Below are positions 24,269 to 36,521 of a stretch of DNA of 64,000 bases, in pieces (the stretch's first letter is position 1; each line of letters starts with the position of its first letter). The DNA comes from Macrostomum lignano (taxonomy: Eukaryota), in contig NIVC01001390.1 in the NCBI GenBank assembly GCA_002269645.1, positions 186,001 through 250,000 of the forward strand, given 5' to 3'. A program made the translations under genes and the position numbers. The notes beneath the pieces are model-generated. The model was given only the letters and a program-made list of their open reading frames with translations. It made no database searches and was not told the DNA's origin.

Positions 24269-27200
24269 ATGCCTCTGAAACTTGACATCAAGCGAAAGCT
24301 GTCTGCCCGATCAGACAGGGTCAAATGCGTTGATCTGCATCCCAGTGAGCCTTGGATGCTGGCCAGTATGTACAATGGCAATGTGCACGTGTGGAACTTT
24401 GAATTGCAGCAGCTAATTAAATCTTTTGAAGTTTGCGAGTTGCCTGTGAGTTTGCTGTCAATTTTTCTGGGGCGATTTTTAAAGAGGAGTAGGGGCAGTT
24501 CTTATAAAGGATTTCGGGCGATTCTTATTGAGGATTAAGGGGCGATTCTTATTGAGTATTTGGGGCAGTTCTTAGAAAGGATTTCGGGCGATTCTTTTTG
24601 AGGATTAGGGGCGATTCTTAACAAGTATTAGAGGCGATTGTTAAGGATAGGGGCGATTCTTAGAGAGGATTAGGGGCGATTGTTTAGGAGCATTAGGGGC
24701 GATTGTTAAGGGGGATTTGAGGGCGATTGTTAAAGGAGGATTAGGGGCGATTTTTAGAGAGGATTAGGGGCGATTGTTTAGGAGGATTAGGGGCGATTGT
24801 TAAGGATGATTAGGGGTGATTCTGAAGGAGGATTAGGGCGCAATTGTTTAGGAGGATTAGGGGTGATTCTAAAGGAGGATTAGTGGTGATTTTTAAAGAG
24901 GATTAGGGGTGATTCTTAAGGAAAATTAGGGGTGATTCTTAAGTAGGATTAGGGGTGATTATTTAGGAGGATTAGGGGCATTTGTTTTAGAGGATTAGGG
25001 GTGATTCTTAAGGAGGATTAGGGGTGATTCTTAAGGAGGATTAGGGGTGATTCTTAAGGAGGATTAGGGGTGATTCTTAAAGAGGATTAGGGGCGATTCT
25101 TAAGGAGGATTAGGGGTGATTCTTAAGGAGGATTAGGGGTGATTCTTAAGGAGGATTAGGGGTGATTCTTAAGTAGGATTAGGAGTGATTATTTAGGAGG
25201 ATTAGGGGCATTTGTTTTGGAGGATTAGGGGCATTTGTTTTGGAGGATTAGGGGTGATTCTTAAGGAGGATTAGGGGTGATTCTTAAGGAGGATCAGGGG
25301 TGATTCTTAAGGAAAATTAGGGGTGATTCTTAAGTAGGATTAGGGGTGATTATTTAGGAGGATTAGGGGCATTTGTTTTGGAGGATTAGGGGTGATTCTT
25401 AAGGAGGATTAGGGGTGATTCTTAAGGAGGATTAGGAGTGATTCTTAAGGAGGATTATGGGTGATTATTTAGGAGGATTAGGGGCATTTGTTTTGGAGGA
25501 TTAGGGGCGATTCTTAAGGAGGATTAGGGGTGATTCTTAAGGAGGATTAGGGGTGATTCTTAAGGAGGATTAGGGGTGATTCTTAAGGAGGATTAGGGGT
25601 GATTCTTAAGGAGGATTAGGGGCATTTGTTTTGGAGGATTAGGGGTGATTCTTAAGGAGGATTAGGGGTGATTCTTAAGGAGGATTAGGGGTGATTCTTA
25701 AGGAGGATTAGGGGTGATTATTTAGGAGGATTAGGGGCATTTGTTTTGGAGGATTAGGGGTGATTCTTAAGGAGGATTAGGGGTGATTCTTAAGGAAAAT
25801 TAGGGGTGATTCTTAAGTAGGATTAGGGGTGATTATTTAGGAGGATTAGGGGCATTTGTTTTGGAGGATTAGGGGTGATTCTTAAGGAGGATTAGGGGTG
25901 ATTCTTAAGGAGGATTAGGGGTGATTCTTTAGGAGGATTAGGGGCATTTGTTTTGGAGGATTAGGGGTGATTCTTAAGGAGGATTAGGGGTGATTCTTAA
26001 GGAAAATTAGGGGTGATTCTTAAGTAGGATTAGGGGTGATTCTTAAGGAAAATTAGGGGTGATTCTTAAGGAGGATTAGGGGTGATTATTTAGGAGGATT
26101 AGGGGCATTTGTTTTAGAGGATTAGGGGTGATTCTTAAGGAGGATTAGGGGTGATTCTTAAGGAAAATTAGGGGTGATTCTTAAGTAGGATTAGGGGTGA
26201 TTATTTAGGAGGATTAGGGGCATTTGTTTTGGAGGATTAGAGACGATTGTTTAGGAGGATTAGGGGTGATTCTTAAGGAGGATTAGGGGTGATTCTTAAG
26301 GAAAATTAGGGGTGATTCTTAAGTAGGATTAGGGGTGATTATTTAGGAGGATTAGGGGCATTTGTTTTGGAGGATTAGGGGTGATTCTTAAGGAGGATTA
26401 GGGGTGATTCTTAAGGAAAATTAGGGGTGATTCTTAAGTAGGATTAGGGGTGATTATTTAGGAGGATTAGGGGCATTTGTTTTGGAGGATTAGAGACGAT
26501 TGTTTAGGAGGATTAGAGACGATTGTTTAGGAGGATTAGGGGCGATTGTTTAGGAGGATTAGGGACGGTTGTTTAGGAGGATTAGGGGCGATTGTTTAGT
26601 AGGATTAGAGACGATTGTTTAGGAGGATTAGAGACGATTGTTTAGGAGGATTAGGGGCGATTGTTTAGGAGGATTAGGGGCGATTGTTTAGGAGGATTAG
26701 GGACGGTTGTTTAGGAGGATTAGGGGCGATTGTTTAGGAGGATTAGAGACGATTGTTTAGGAGGATTAGGGGCGATTGTTTAGGAGGATTAGGGGCGATT
26801 GTTTAGGAGGATTAGGGACGGTTGTTTAGGAGGATTAGGGGCGATTGTTTAGTAGGATTAGGGACGATTGTTTAGGAGGATTAGGGGCGATTGTTTAGTA
26901 GGATTAGAGACGATTGTTTAGGAGGATTAGGGGCGATTGTTTAGGAGGATTAGGGACGGTTGTTTAGGAGGATTAGGGTTGATTGTTTAGGAGGATTAGG
27001 GGCGATTGTTTAGTAGGATTAGGGACGATTGTTTAGGAGGATTAGGGGCGATTGTTTAGTAGGATTAGAGACGATTGTTTAGGAGGATTAGGGACGATTG
27101 TTTAGGAGGATTAGAGGCGATTCTTAGAGAGGATTAGGGGCGATTGGTTAGGAGGATTAGGAGCGATTCTTCAGGAGGATTAGGGGCGATTCTTAGAGAG

Positions 27201-30200
27201 GATTAGGGGCGATTCTTAAGGTGGATTAGGGGCGATTATTTCGCAAGTTTTAGGAGGAGTTTTAAGTGAATAACTCTTAAGTTGGCTACAGTGAATTTTA
27301 TCCAATTTATTATTTAGATTCACCAGTTATTAATTGACACTCCATCCTCCTACTAACAGTAGCTTTCAAGAGTATCAAAATGATTTATAAATTTCTAGGT
27401 CCGCTCTGCCAAGTTTGTATCCCGCAAGAACTGGGTCATCACAGGCAGCGATGATATGCAGTTACGCGTGTTTAACTACAACACATTGGAGCGGTTGCAC
27501 AACTGGGAAGCCCACTCAGACTACATCCGGTCTATCGCTGTACATCCTACTCAACCGTTTGTGCTTAGCAGTTCGGACGATATGCTCATCAAACTGTGGG
27601 ACTGGGACAAACGCTGGGCCTGTGCTCAAACGTTTGAAGGTCACACTCACTACGTGATGCAGATAGTCATTAATCCCAAGGACAATAATCAGTTTGCCAG
27701 CGCTTCCCTGGATAAAACTGTCAAAGTTTGGCAGCTTGGCTCGCAGGCGCCCAACTTCACTTTGGAGGGTCACGAGAAGGGCGTCAACTGTGTGGATTAT
27801 TACGCTGGAGGTGACAAGCCCTACCTCATCTCTGGCGCTGACGACCGGCTGGTGAAAGTGTGGGATCAGCAGAACAAAACCTGCGTGCAAACTCTGGAGG
27901 GTCACGCTCAGAATGTGTCAGCTGTGGCCTTTCATCCCGATCTGCCCATTGTGCTGACTGGATCCGAGGATGGCACCGTGCGAGTGTGGCATTCCAGCAC
28001 CTACAGGCTGGAGTCCACGCTGAACTATGGGCTGGAGAGAGTCTGGGCCATTGCCTGTCTGCGGGGCAGCAACAATGTCGCTCTGGGTTATGATGAGGGT
28101 AGCATTCTGGTGAGATAATGGCATATTTATATGTAGCTTTTGTTTTACTCATTCCTCAGTTGCTGGGCCAGCCTCCCAGATCCTCAGTTGCTGGGCCACC
28201 AGTCTCCCAGATCCTCAGTTGCTGGGCCACCAGCCTCCCAGAGCTCCAGTTGCTGAGTCACCAGCCTCCCAGATCTCCAGTTGCTGGGCCACCAGCCTCC
28301 CAGATCCTCAGTTGCTGGGCCAGCCTCCAAGATCCTCAGTTGCTGGGCCAGCCTCCCAGATCCTCAGTTGCTGGGCCACCAGCCTCCCAGAGCTCCAGTT
28401 GCTGAGTCACCAGCCTCCCAGATCTCCATTTGCTGCCACCAGCCTCTCAGATCCTCAGTTACTGGGCCACCAGCCTCCCAGATCCTCAGTTGCTGGGCCA
28501 GCCTCCAAGATCCTCAGTTGCTGGGCCAGCCTCCCAGATCCTCAGTTGCTGGGCCACCAGTCTCCCAGATCCTCAGTTGCTGGGCCACCAGCCTCCCAGA
28601 GCTCCAGTTGCTGAGTCACCAGCCTCCCAGATCTCCATTTGCTGCCACCAGCCTCTCAGATCCTCAGTTGCTGGGCCACCAGCCTCCCAGATCCTCAGTT
28701 GCTGGGCCACCAGCCTCCCAGATCCTCAGTTGCTGGGCCACCAGCCTCCCAGATCCTCAGTTGCTGGGCCACCAGCCTCCCAGATCCTCAGTTGCTGGGC
28801 CACCAGCCTCCCAGATCCTCAATTGCTGGGCCAGTCTCTCAGATCCTCAGTTGCTGGGCCACCAGCCTCCCAGATCCTCAGTTGCTGGGCCACCAGCCTC
28901 CCAGATCCTCAGTTGCTGGGCCAGCCTCCCAGATCCTCAGTTGCTGGGCCAGTATCCCAGATCCTCAGTTGCTGGGCCAGCCTCCCAGATCCTCAGTTGC
29001 TGGGCCAGTATCCCAGATCCTCAGTTGCTGGGCCAGCCTCCCAGATCCTCAGTTGCTGGGCCAATAGCCTCCCAGATCTCCAGTTGCTGGGCCACCAGCC
29101 TCCCAGATCTCCAGTTGCTGGGCCACCAGCCTCCCAGATCTCCAGTTGCTGGGCCACCAGCCTCCCAGATCGTCATTTGCTGGGCCGCTGACCTTTTCCA
29201 TGTCGCAGCTCTATAATACGCCCTCCCTCCCCCAACAATGCCCCCCTAATCGACGTTTAGGTGAAGCTGGGTCGCGAAGAGCCCGCCATCTCCATGGACG
29301 CCTCGGGCAAAATCCTGTGGGCTCGTCACGCCGAAGTCCAGCAGGCCAATTTGCGCACCTTGTCTGCTGACGAAGAATTTCAAGACGGCGACCGACTGCC
29401 GCTGACCATCAAGGACATGGGCTCGTGTGAGATCTACCCGCAGACCATCGCCCACAGCCCCAACGGTCGCTTTGTAGCCGTCAGTGGAGACGGCGAGTTC
29501 ATCATCTACACGGCCATGGCTCTGCGAAACAAAGCCTTTGGTCAGGCACAGGAGTTTGTCTGGTGCACCACCGATGCGTCAACCTATGCTATTCGAGAGG
29601 GCACCACCACGGTGAAAGTGTTCAAGAATTTTAAAGAGGTTCGCGCCTTCAAACCGGAGTTCGGATGCGAGGTGAGCTTGAAAATTTTGTTTTGGTTTGT
29701 AAAAATCTTGTAAATAATTGAAACTAGAGGGAATTACTAGTCTAGCCAATCATATTTAGAATAGAGTAGATTGCTAATCTAGCCAATCATATTTAGAATA
29801 AAGTGGATTGCTAATCTAGTCAATCATCTTCAGAATAGAGTGGATTGCTAATCTAGCCAATCATATTGAGAATAGAGTGGATTGCTAATCTAGCCAAGCA
29901 TATTAAGAATAGAGTGGATTGCTAATCTAGCCAATTATATTGAGAATAGAGTGGATTGCTAATCTAGCCAAGCATATTAAGAATAGAGTGGATTGCTAAT
30001 CTAGCCAATCATATTCAGAATAGAGTGGATTGCTAATCTAGCCAATCATATTTAGAATAGAGTGGATTGCTAATCTAGCCAAGCATATTGAGAATAGAGT
30101 GGATTGCTAATCTAGCCAAGCATATTGAGAATAGAGTGGATTGCTAATCTAGCCAATCATATTGAGAATAGAGTGGATTGCTATTCTAGCCAAGCATATT

Positions 30201-33200
30201 AAGAATAGAGTGGATTGCTAATCTAGCCAATCATATTCAGAATAGAGTGGATTGCTAATCTAGCCAATCATATTTAGAATAGAGTGGATTGCTAATCTAG
30301 TCAATCATCTTCAGAATAGAGTGGATTGCTAATCTAGCCAATCATATTTAGAATAGAGTGGATTGCTAATCTAGCCAATCATATTTAGAATAAAGTGGAT
30401 TGCTAATCTAGTCAATCATCTTCAGAATAGAGTGGATTGCTAATCTAGCCAATCATATTTAGAATAGAGTGGATTGCTAATCTAGTCAATCATCTTCAGA
30501 ATAGAGTGGATTGCTAATCTAGCCAATCATATTTAGAATAGAGTGGATTGCTAATCTAGTCAATCATCTTCAGAATAGAGTGGATTGCTAATCTAGCCAA
30601 TCATATTGAGAATAGAGTGGATTGCTAATCTAGCCAAGCATATTAAGAATAGAGTGGATTGCTAATCTAGCCAATTATATTGAGAATAGAGTGGATTGCT
30701 AATCTAGCCAATCATATTTAGAATAGAGTGGATTGCTAATCTAGTCAATCATCTTCAGAATAGAGTGGATTGCTAATCTAGCCAATCATATTTAGAATAA
30801 AGTGGATTGCTAATCTAGTCAATCATCTTCAGAATAGAGTGGATTGCTAATCTAGCCAATCATATTTAGAATAGAGTGGATTGCTAATCTAGTCAATCAT
30901 CTTCAGAATAGAGTGGATTGCTAATCTAGCCAATCATATTTAGAATAGAGTAGATTTCTAATCTAGCCAATCATATTTAGAATAGAGTAGATTGCTAATC
31001 TAGCCAATCATATTTAAAATAGAGTGGATTGCTAATCTAGCCAATCATATTGAGAATAGAGTGGATTGCTAATCTAGCCAATCATATTGAGAATAGAGTG
31101 GATTGCTAATCTAGCCAAACACTCAATCAACTCTTGCAGGGCATCTACGGTGGCGCCATGCTTGGCGTTCGGTCCGTCAGCGGCCTCGCCTTCTACGACT
31201 GGGAGAGCGGCGACATGGTCCGCCGTATCGAGATAACGCCAAAGCTAGTTTTCTGGAATGAATCCTCGGAATTAGTTGCCATAGCAACAGAGGAGAGCTA
31301 TTTTGTACTGCGCTACAAACCCGAAGCCGTGGCCACCGCCAAGCAGACCAAAGTTGGCCTGACCGAGGACGGCGTAGAAGACGCTTTCGACGTCCTTGGC
31401 GAGACAGAGGAATCCGTTCGAACTGGCTTGTGGGTTGGCGACTGCTTCATCTATACTAATGCCGTTAATCGGTTGAACTATTATGTCGGTGGCGAGTTGT
31501 GTACTGTTGCTCATCTAGATCGGGTCATGTACGTTCTGGGCTACATACCCAAGGAGAACCGGTTGTATCTGGGCGACAAGGAGCTGAATATTGTCAGCTA
31601 CAGTTTGCTTGTGTCTGTGCTGGAGTACCAGACTGCCGTTATGCGGAAAGATTTTGACACAGCCGATCAGGTTAGTTAATTGTGGCAATATTTTTATACT
31701 TACTAGTACTGGGTGTGTTGGCTGATTTCTGAGTAGGTTTTGGTGACACCTGAGTATGTTTGGGTGACTCCTGAGTATGTTTGGGTGACTCCTGAGTATG
31801 TTTTGGTGACTCCTGAGTATGATTGGGTGACTCCTGAGTATGATTGGGTGACATCTGAGTATGTGTTGGGTGACACCTGAGTATGTTTGTGTGACTCCTG
31901 AGTAGGTTGAATGACTTCTGAGTAGGTTGAGTGACAACCTAAGTAGGTTGGTCGATTCCTGAGTAGGTTGGAGTGACTCGTGAGTAGATTTGGTGACTCG
32001 TGAGTAGATTTGGTGACTCGTGAGTAGGTTTGGTGACTCGTGAGTAGGTTTGGTGACTCGTGAGTAGATTTGGTGACTCGTGAGTAGATTTGGTGACTCG
32101 TGAGTAGGTTTGGTGACTCGTGAGTAGGTTTGGTGACTCGTGAGTAGATTTGGTGACTCGTGAGTAGGTTTGGTGACTCGTGAGTAGGTTTGGTGACTCG
32201 TGAGTAGGTTTGGTGACTCGTGAGTAGGTTTGGTGACTCGTGAGTAGGTTTGGTGACTCGTGAGTAGGTTTGGTGACTCGTGAGTAGGTTTGGTGACTCG
32301 TGAGTAGGTTTGGTGACTCGTGAGTAGGTTTGGTGACTCGTGAGTAGGTTTGGTGACTCGTGAGTAGGTTAAGTTTGGTGACTCGTGAGTAGGTTTTTCG
32401 TGTCTCCTAAGTAGGTTGGGTGACTCCTGAGTAGGTTGGGTGACTCCTGAGTAGGTTGGGTGACTCCTGAGTAGGTTGGGGGATTCCTGAGTAGGTTGGG
32501 TGACTCCTGAGTAGGTTGGGGGATTCCTGAGTAGGTTGGGTGACTCCTGAGTAGGTTGGGTGACTCCTGAGTAGGTTGGGTGATTCCTGAGTAGGTTGGG
32601 GGATTCCTGAGTAGGTTGGGTGACTCCTGAGTAGGTTGGGGGATTCCTGAGTAGGTTGGGTGACTCCTGAGTAGGTTGGGTGACTCCTGAGTAGGTTGGG
32701 TGACTCCTGAGTAGGTTGGGTGACTCCTGAGTAGGTTGGGTGATTCCTGAGTAGGTTGGGGGATTCCTGAGTAGGTTGGGTGACTCCTGAGTAGGTTGGG
32801 GGATTCCTGAGTAGGTTGGGTGACTCCTGAGTAGGTTGGGTGACTCCTGAGTAGGTTGGGTGACTCCTGAGTAGGTTGGGTGACTCCTGAGTAGGTTGGG
32901 TGACTCCTGAGTAGGTTGGGTGACTCCTGAGTAGGTTGGGTGACTCCTGAGTTGGTTGGGTGACTCCTGAGTTGGTTGGAGTGACTCGTGAGTAGGTCGA
33001 GTGATTTTTGAGTAGGTTTGGGTATAACTGAAGTATGTATGCGAACCTTGAAAGCTTTTTTAGAAAAAAACAAATTATTGTTTTTTATTTTGCCTTCTAA
33101 CTACGCTACTAAGTAGTACGGCAAGGTTTTTAATCTCTTCTATATTCTTATTCTTCTATACTATACTTTATACTTTCAGGTGTTGCCCACAATTCCACGA

Positions 33201-35482
33201 TCGCAACGGTCTCGCGTGGCCCACTTTCTGGAGAAGCAGGGCTTCAAAGCCCAGGCCTTGGCTGTGACCACAGATCCCGAGCACAAGTTCGAGCTGGCTC
33301 TGCAGCTCGGCGATTTGTCTACGGCGAAACAGATCTGCTGCGAGGCCGAGTCGGAGCAAAAATGGAAACTGCTGGCTGACGCTGCCACCAGGTTTGTGCT
33401 GAGTTATTTCTGCTTTGGGGCTCGTGTTCCCAATCTAAGGGTGAGATTCTGGGACGTCTCCAATCTCAGGGTGAGATTCTGGGATGTCTCCAATCTCAGG
33501 GTGAGATTCTGGGGTGTTTTCATTCTCTAAGGGTGGAAAGTTTCTAATCTAAGGTTGAGATTCTGAGATGTCTCCAATCTCAGGGTGAGATTCTGGGATG
33601 TCTCCAATCTCAGGGTGAGATTCTGGGGTGTTTTCATTCTCTAAGGGTGGAAAGTTTCTAATCTAAGGTTGAGATTCTGAGATGTCTCCAATCTTAGGGT
33701 GAGATTCTGGGATGTCTTTGATCTCAAGATGAGATTTTAGGATGTCTCCAACCTCAGGTTGAGATTCTAGGAAGTTTCAGCATCTAAGGGTGAGATTTTG
33801 GAATGTTTGGACCAATATCTAAGGGTGAGATTTTGGAATGGGTGGACCAATATCTAAGGGTGAGTGAGATTCAGGGATTTTCAGAATCTATCTACGAGTA
33901 TAAGGGTGAGATTCTGGGATGTTTCCAATCTCTGAGGGTGAGATTTTGGAATGTTTCCAATCTCTTAGGGATCAGATTCTGGGATGTTTCCAATCTGAGG
34001 ATGAGATTCTAGGTTTATTTAATCTCAAGGTGAGATTCTGAGATGTCTTTAATCACAAGATGAGATTTTGAGATGTCTCCAATCTCAGGGTGAGATTCTG
34101 GGATGTTTCCAATCTCTGAGGGTGAGATTTTGGAATGTTTCCAATCTCTTAAGGATCAGAATTCTGGGATGTTTCCAATCTGAGGATGAGATTCTGGGGT
34201 GTATTTAATCTCAAGGTGAGATTCTGAGATGTCTTTAATCACAAGATGAGATATTGAGATGTCTCCAATCTCAGGGTGAGATTCTGGGATGTTTCCAATC
34301 TCTGAGGGTGAAATTTTGGAATGTTTCCAATCTCTTAGGGATTCGATTCTGGGATGTTTCCAATCTGAGGATGAGATTCTGGGGTGTATTTAATCTCAAG
34401 GTAAGGTTCTGAGATGTCTTTAATCACAAGATGAGATATTGAGATGTCTCCAATCTCAGGGTGAGATTCTGGGATGTTTCTAAATCTAAGGGTGAGATTT
34501 TGGAATGTTTCCAATCTCTTAAGGATCAGAATTCTGGGATGTTTCCAATCTGAGGGTGAGATTCTGTGGTAGCTGAAAATCTCAGGGTGAGATTATTTGG
34601 GTAGTGGCAAAGCTGGGACTTGAAGCGGCAATGAATTTATGGGATTAATCGATTTGTGCACAATCCTGTGCTGATAGATAATCCTGTGCGCGCTGTATCA
34701 ACCACTCCAACTGCAGGCACAATGACCTCCAGCTAGCCCAGGAGTGCCTGGCCCAAGCCAAGGACTTCGGCTCCCTGCTGCTCCTGGCAACCAGCACTGG
34801 CAATGCCGGCATGGTCGACCGTCTGGCCAGAGAGTCTTCAACCGGCGGCCAGAGCAACGTCGCTTTCTTGGCCCAGTTTCTTCTAGGCGACCTGGAGGCC
34901 TGTTTAGAAGTTCTGATCGCCGCCAACCGGCTGCCTGAGGCCGCCCTGTTCGCCCGCACCTACCTGCCGTCCCAGGTGTCCCGAGCTGTGCAGCTGTGGA
35001 AGGCCAACCTGGCCAAGGCTAACGAGAAAGCCGCACAGGCTCTGGCCGATCCTGCCGACTATCCCAACCTGTTCCCCGAGCTGGAGGACTCCGTCAAAGC
35101 CGAGGCCTACATGCGCCAGGAGAGGCGGCAGCTCCGCGGTCGCCCGGCAACCGACCAGGCCGGCCTGACGCCTAACTGGGAGCGCCGGCCGATCGAGGAG
35201 GCTCTGGCGGCCATCGCCAGCGGTCAGTTTGTCTTCGACGGGGGTGCCGATCGGGAGGAGTCATCGTCTAGCGGTGCTGAGGCCTTCGCAGACGCTGTTG
35301 ACGATGGTGTCAAAAGCTCCGCAGCGGTGCCGGCCTCCGCCGCTGCCGCTGCAGCCACCGCGGCCGCCGTTGATGACGACGATCTGGAACAGGAGCTGGA
35401 GCAGGATTTGAAAAACTTGAACATGGACCAAGTTGACCCGTCCGATGTCAATCTAGACGAGGATCTGAACTTTGACGATTGA
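24269..35482 (+). CDS. COPB2: Coatomer subunit beta' (beta-prime COP), 935 aa
   Basis: Exons 24269-24445, 27399-28109, 29261-29671, 31140-31670, 33180-33391, 34717-35482, all GT-AG and in frame. Diagnostic sequences [27 protein letters not shown]40 repeats, [22 protein letters not shown], and an acidic C-terminal tail. Confidence 0.97.
24465..27240. repeat. 23-bp minisatellite filling COPB2 intron 1
   Basis: AGGAGGATTAGGGGTGATTCTTA and the variant ...GGGGCGATTGTTT, in subarrays. Confidence 0.95.
28150..29175. repeat. 28/31-bp minisatellite in COPB2 intron 2
   Basis: CAGCCTCCCAGATCCTCAGTTGCTGGGC(CAC). Confidence 0.95.
29735..31118. repeat. 37-bp minisatellite in COPB2 intron 3
   Basis: GAATAGAGTGGATTGCTAATCTAGCCAATCATATTTA. 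Confidence 0.95.
31730..33010. repeat. 20-bp minisatellite in COPB2 intron 4
   Basis: TGACTCGTGAGTAGGTTTGG block followed by a TGACTCCTGAGTAGGTTGGG block. Confidence 0.95.
33425..34590. repeat. ~30-bp minisatellite with higher-order variants in COPB2 intron 5
   Basis: CCAATCTCAGGGTGAGATTCTGGGATGTCT. Confidence 0.9.
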
Positions 35483-36264
35483 TGTCTTAGAAGCAGCAGA
35501 TTTTGTTGTTGTTGGCTAAACTTAACAGAACTTGACGAATATATAATAATTATTAAATTTGTTGTTTTTTTCCGGGAGATTTCTGCTGAGTCTGAGTAGT
35601 GAATGTGTTTTAGTTAAGCTATTAACTAATATTAATAATAATAATAAAATTCTTGCATCTCTGCTCTTGCGTTCATTCTTTTGAATTTTGTGGTTTCCAT
35701 GAAAGACATTTTAAGGAAATCAATTTTCTTGTGTCATTATTTATCTGTCAATTTGTTGCGGGACAGTTAAGAAAAATAACAGGAAAAAGAACTTTAATAG
35801 AAACTAATAATTCCTCATTATATCTACTCAGATAACAATTGATGCCTGTTTGCTTCTGTGCTTTTGCTATTCTATTTGTTTTAACTACGAGCAAACAAAA
35901 ATATGATTTTTCGCTGTTTCCGTAATTACTTACTCGGTGGTTGATTATTTACTATCTGGTGTTTGCCACTTTACCATTGGAGCCCTAGGAAAATAATTAG
36001 CTGTTTAAATTCACTAAATTTGCGTTTTTATTTTGTTGTTAGACTGAAAATTTATTATAGTCTATGGTAAAAATGCCTAAATATTGTTACTCTATTTCTC
36101 GACTATAATTTGATGTTCTGAGCAATATAGTACAACTTCTGTCTAAGTAAACTATTAACTTGAGCACAAACTCACACAAGTTGTCATCCAAGTTTGAATG
36201 GGAAATTCAATGAAAATTACTTTAATTTTTATTTTTGTCTACTTTTTTGGGCGTGACTTACCAT

Positions 36265-36340
36265 GTTCTTAATTGGGTCGAGAATCGAACCCGCGACCTT
36301 TCAGTCGTGAGTCTAAAGTTGTGTAACCACTAGACTACTA
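36265..36340 (-). mobile_element. SINE family A head only (tRNA-Val-like)
   Basis: Reverse complement reads GTAGTCTAGTGGTTACACAACTTTAGACTCACGACTGAAAGGTCGCGGGTTCGATTCTCGACCCA, with A and B boxes; same head as 8678. Confidence 0.6.
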
Positions 36341-36521
36341 CGAGTATATTAGAAAGTCAACAGGCATTGACAATTGGTTCGCTCCAGCAAGTGATGAAGG
36401 GGTTCAGCTTCTCCGCAGCCAATCAGCGAGGACTTTGGGATGCGCAGCGAAGCGAGGCTCTGACTGCCTTTTCAAATAGAATATTTGGGGGGGGGGTGGC
36501 AGCGTCAGCCTCTCCAATTCC

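Noticed and set aside
28219-29216. Pro/Ser/Gln-rich ORFs in COPB2 intron 2 (likewise 19268-20137, 32369-33073, 39039-40588, 43094-43781, 49907-50602, 59981-60643)
   Set aside because: All are minisatellite translations; COPB2 and netrin splice cleanly around the intronic ones.
31730-34590. Recursive splice sites (AG|GT, CTCAG-G-GTGAG) in repeat units
   Set aside because: YAG and GT motifs are expected by chance in 20-37-bp units and lack pyrimidine tracts; there is no support without junction data.
36265-36340. tRNA-Val gene
   Set aside because: No complete acceptor stem; it is identical in type to the SINE family A head.
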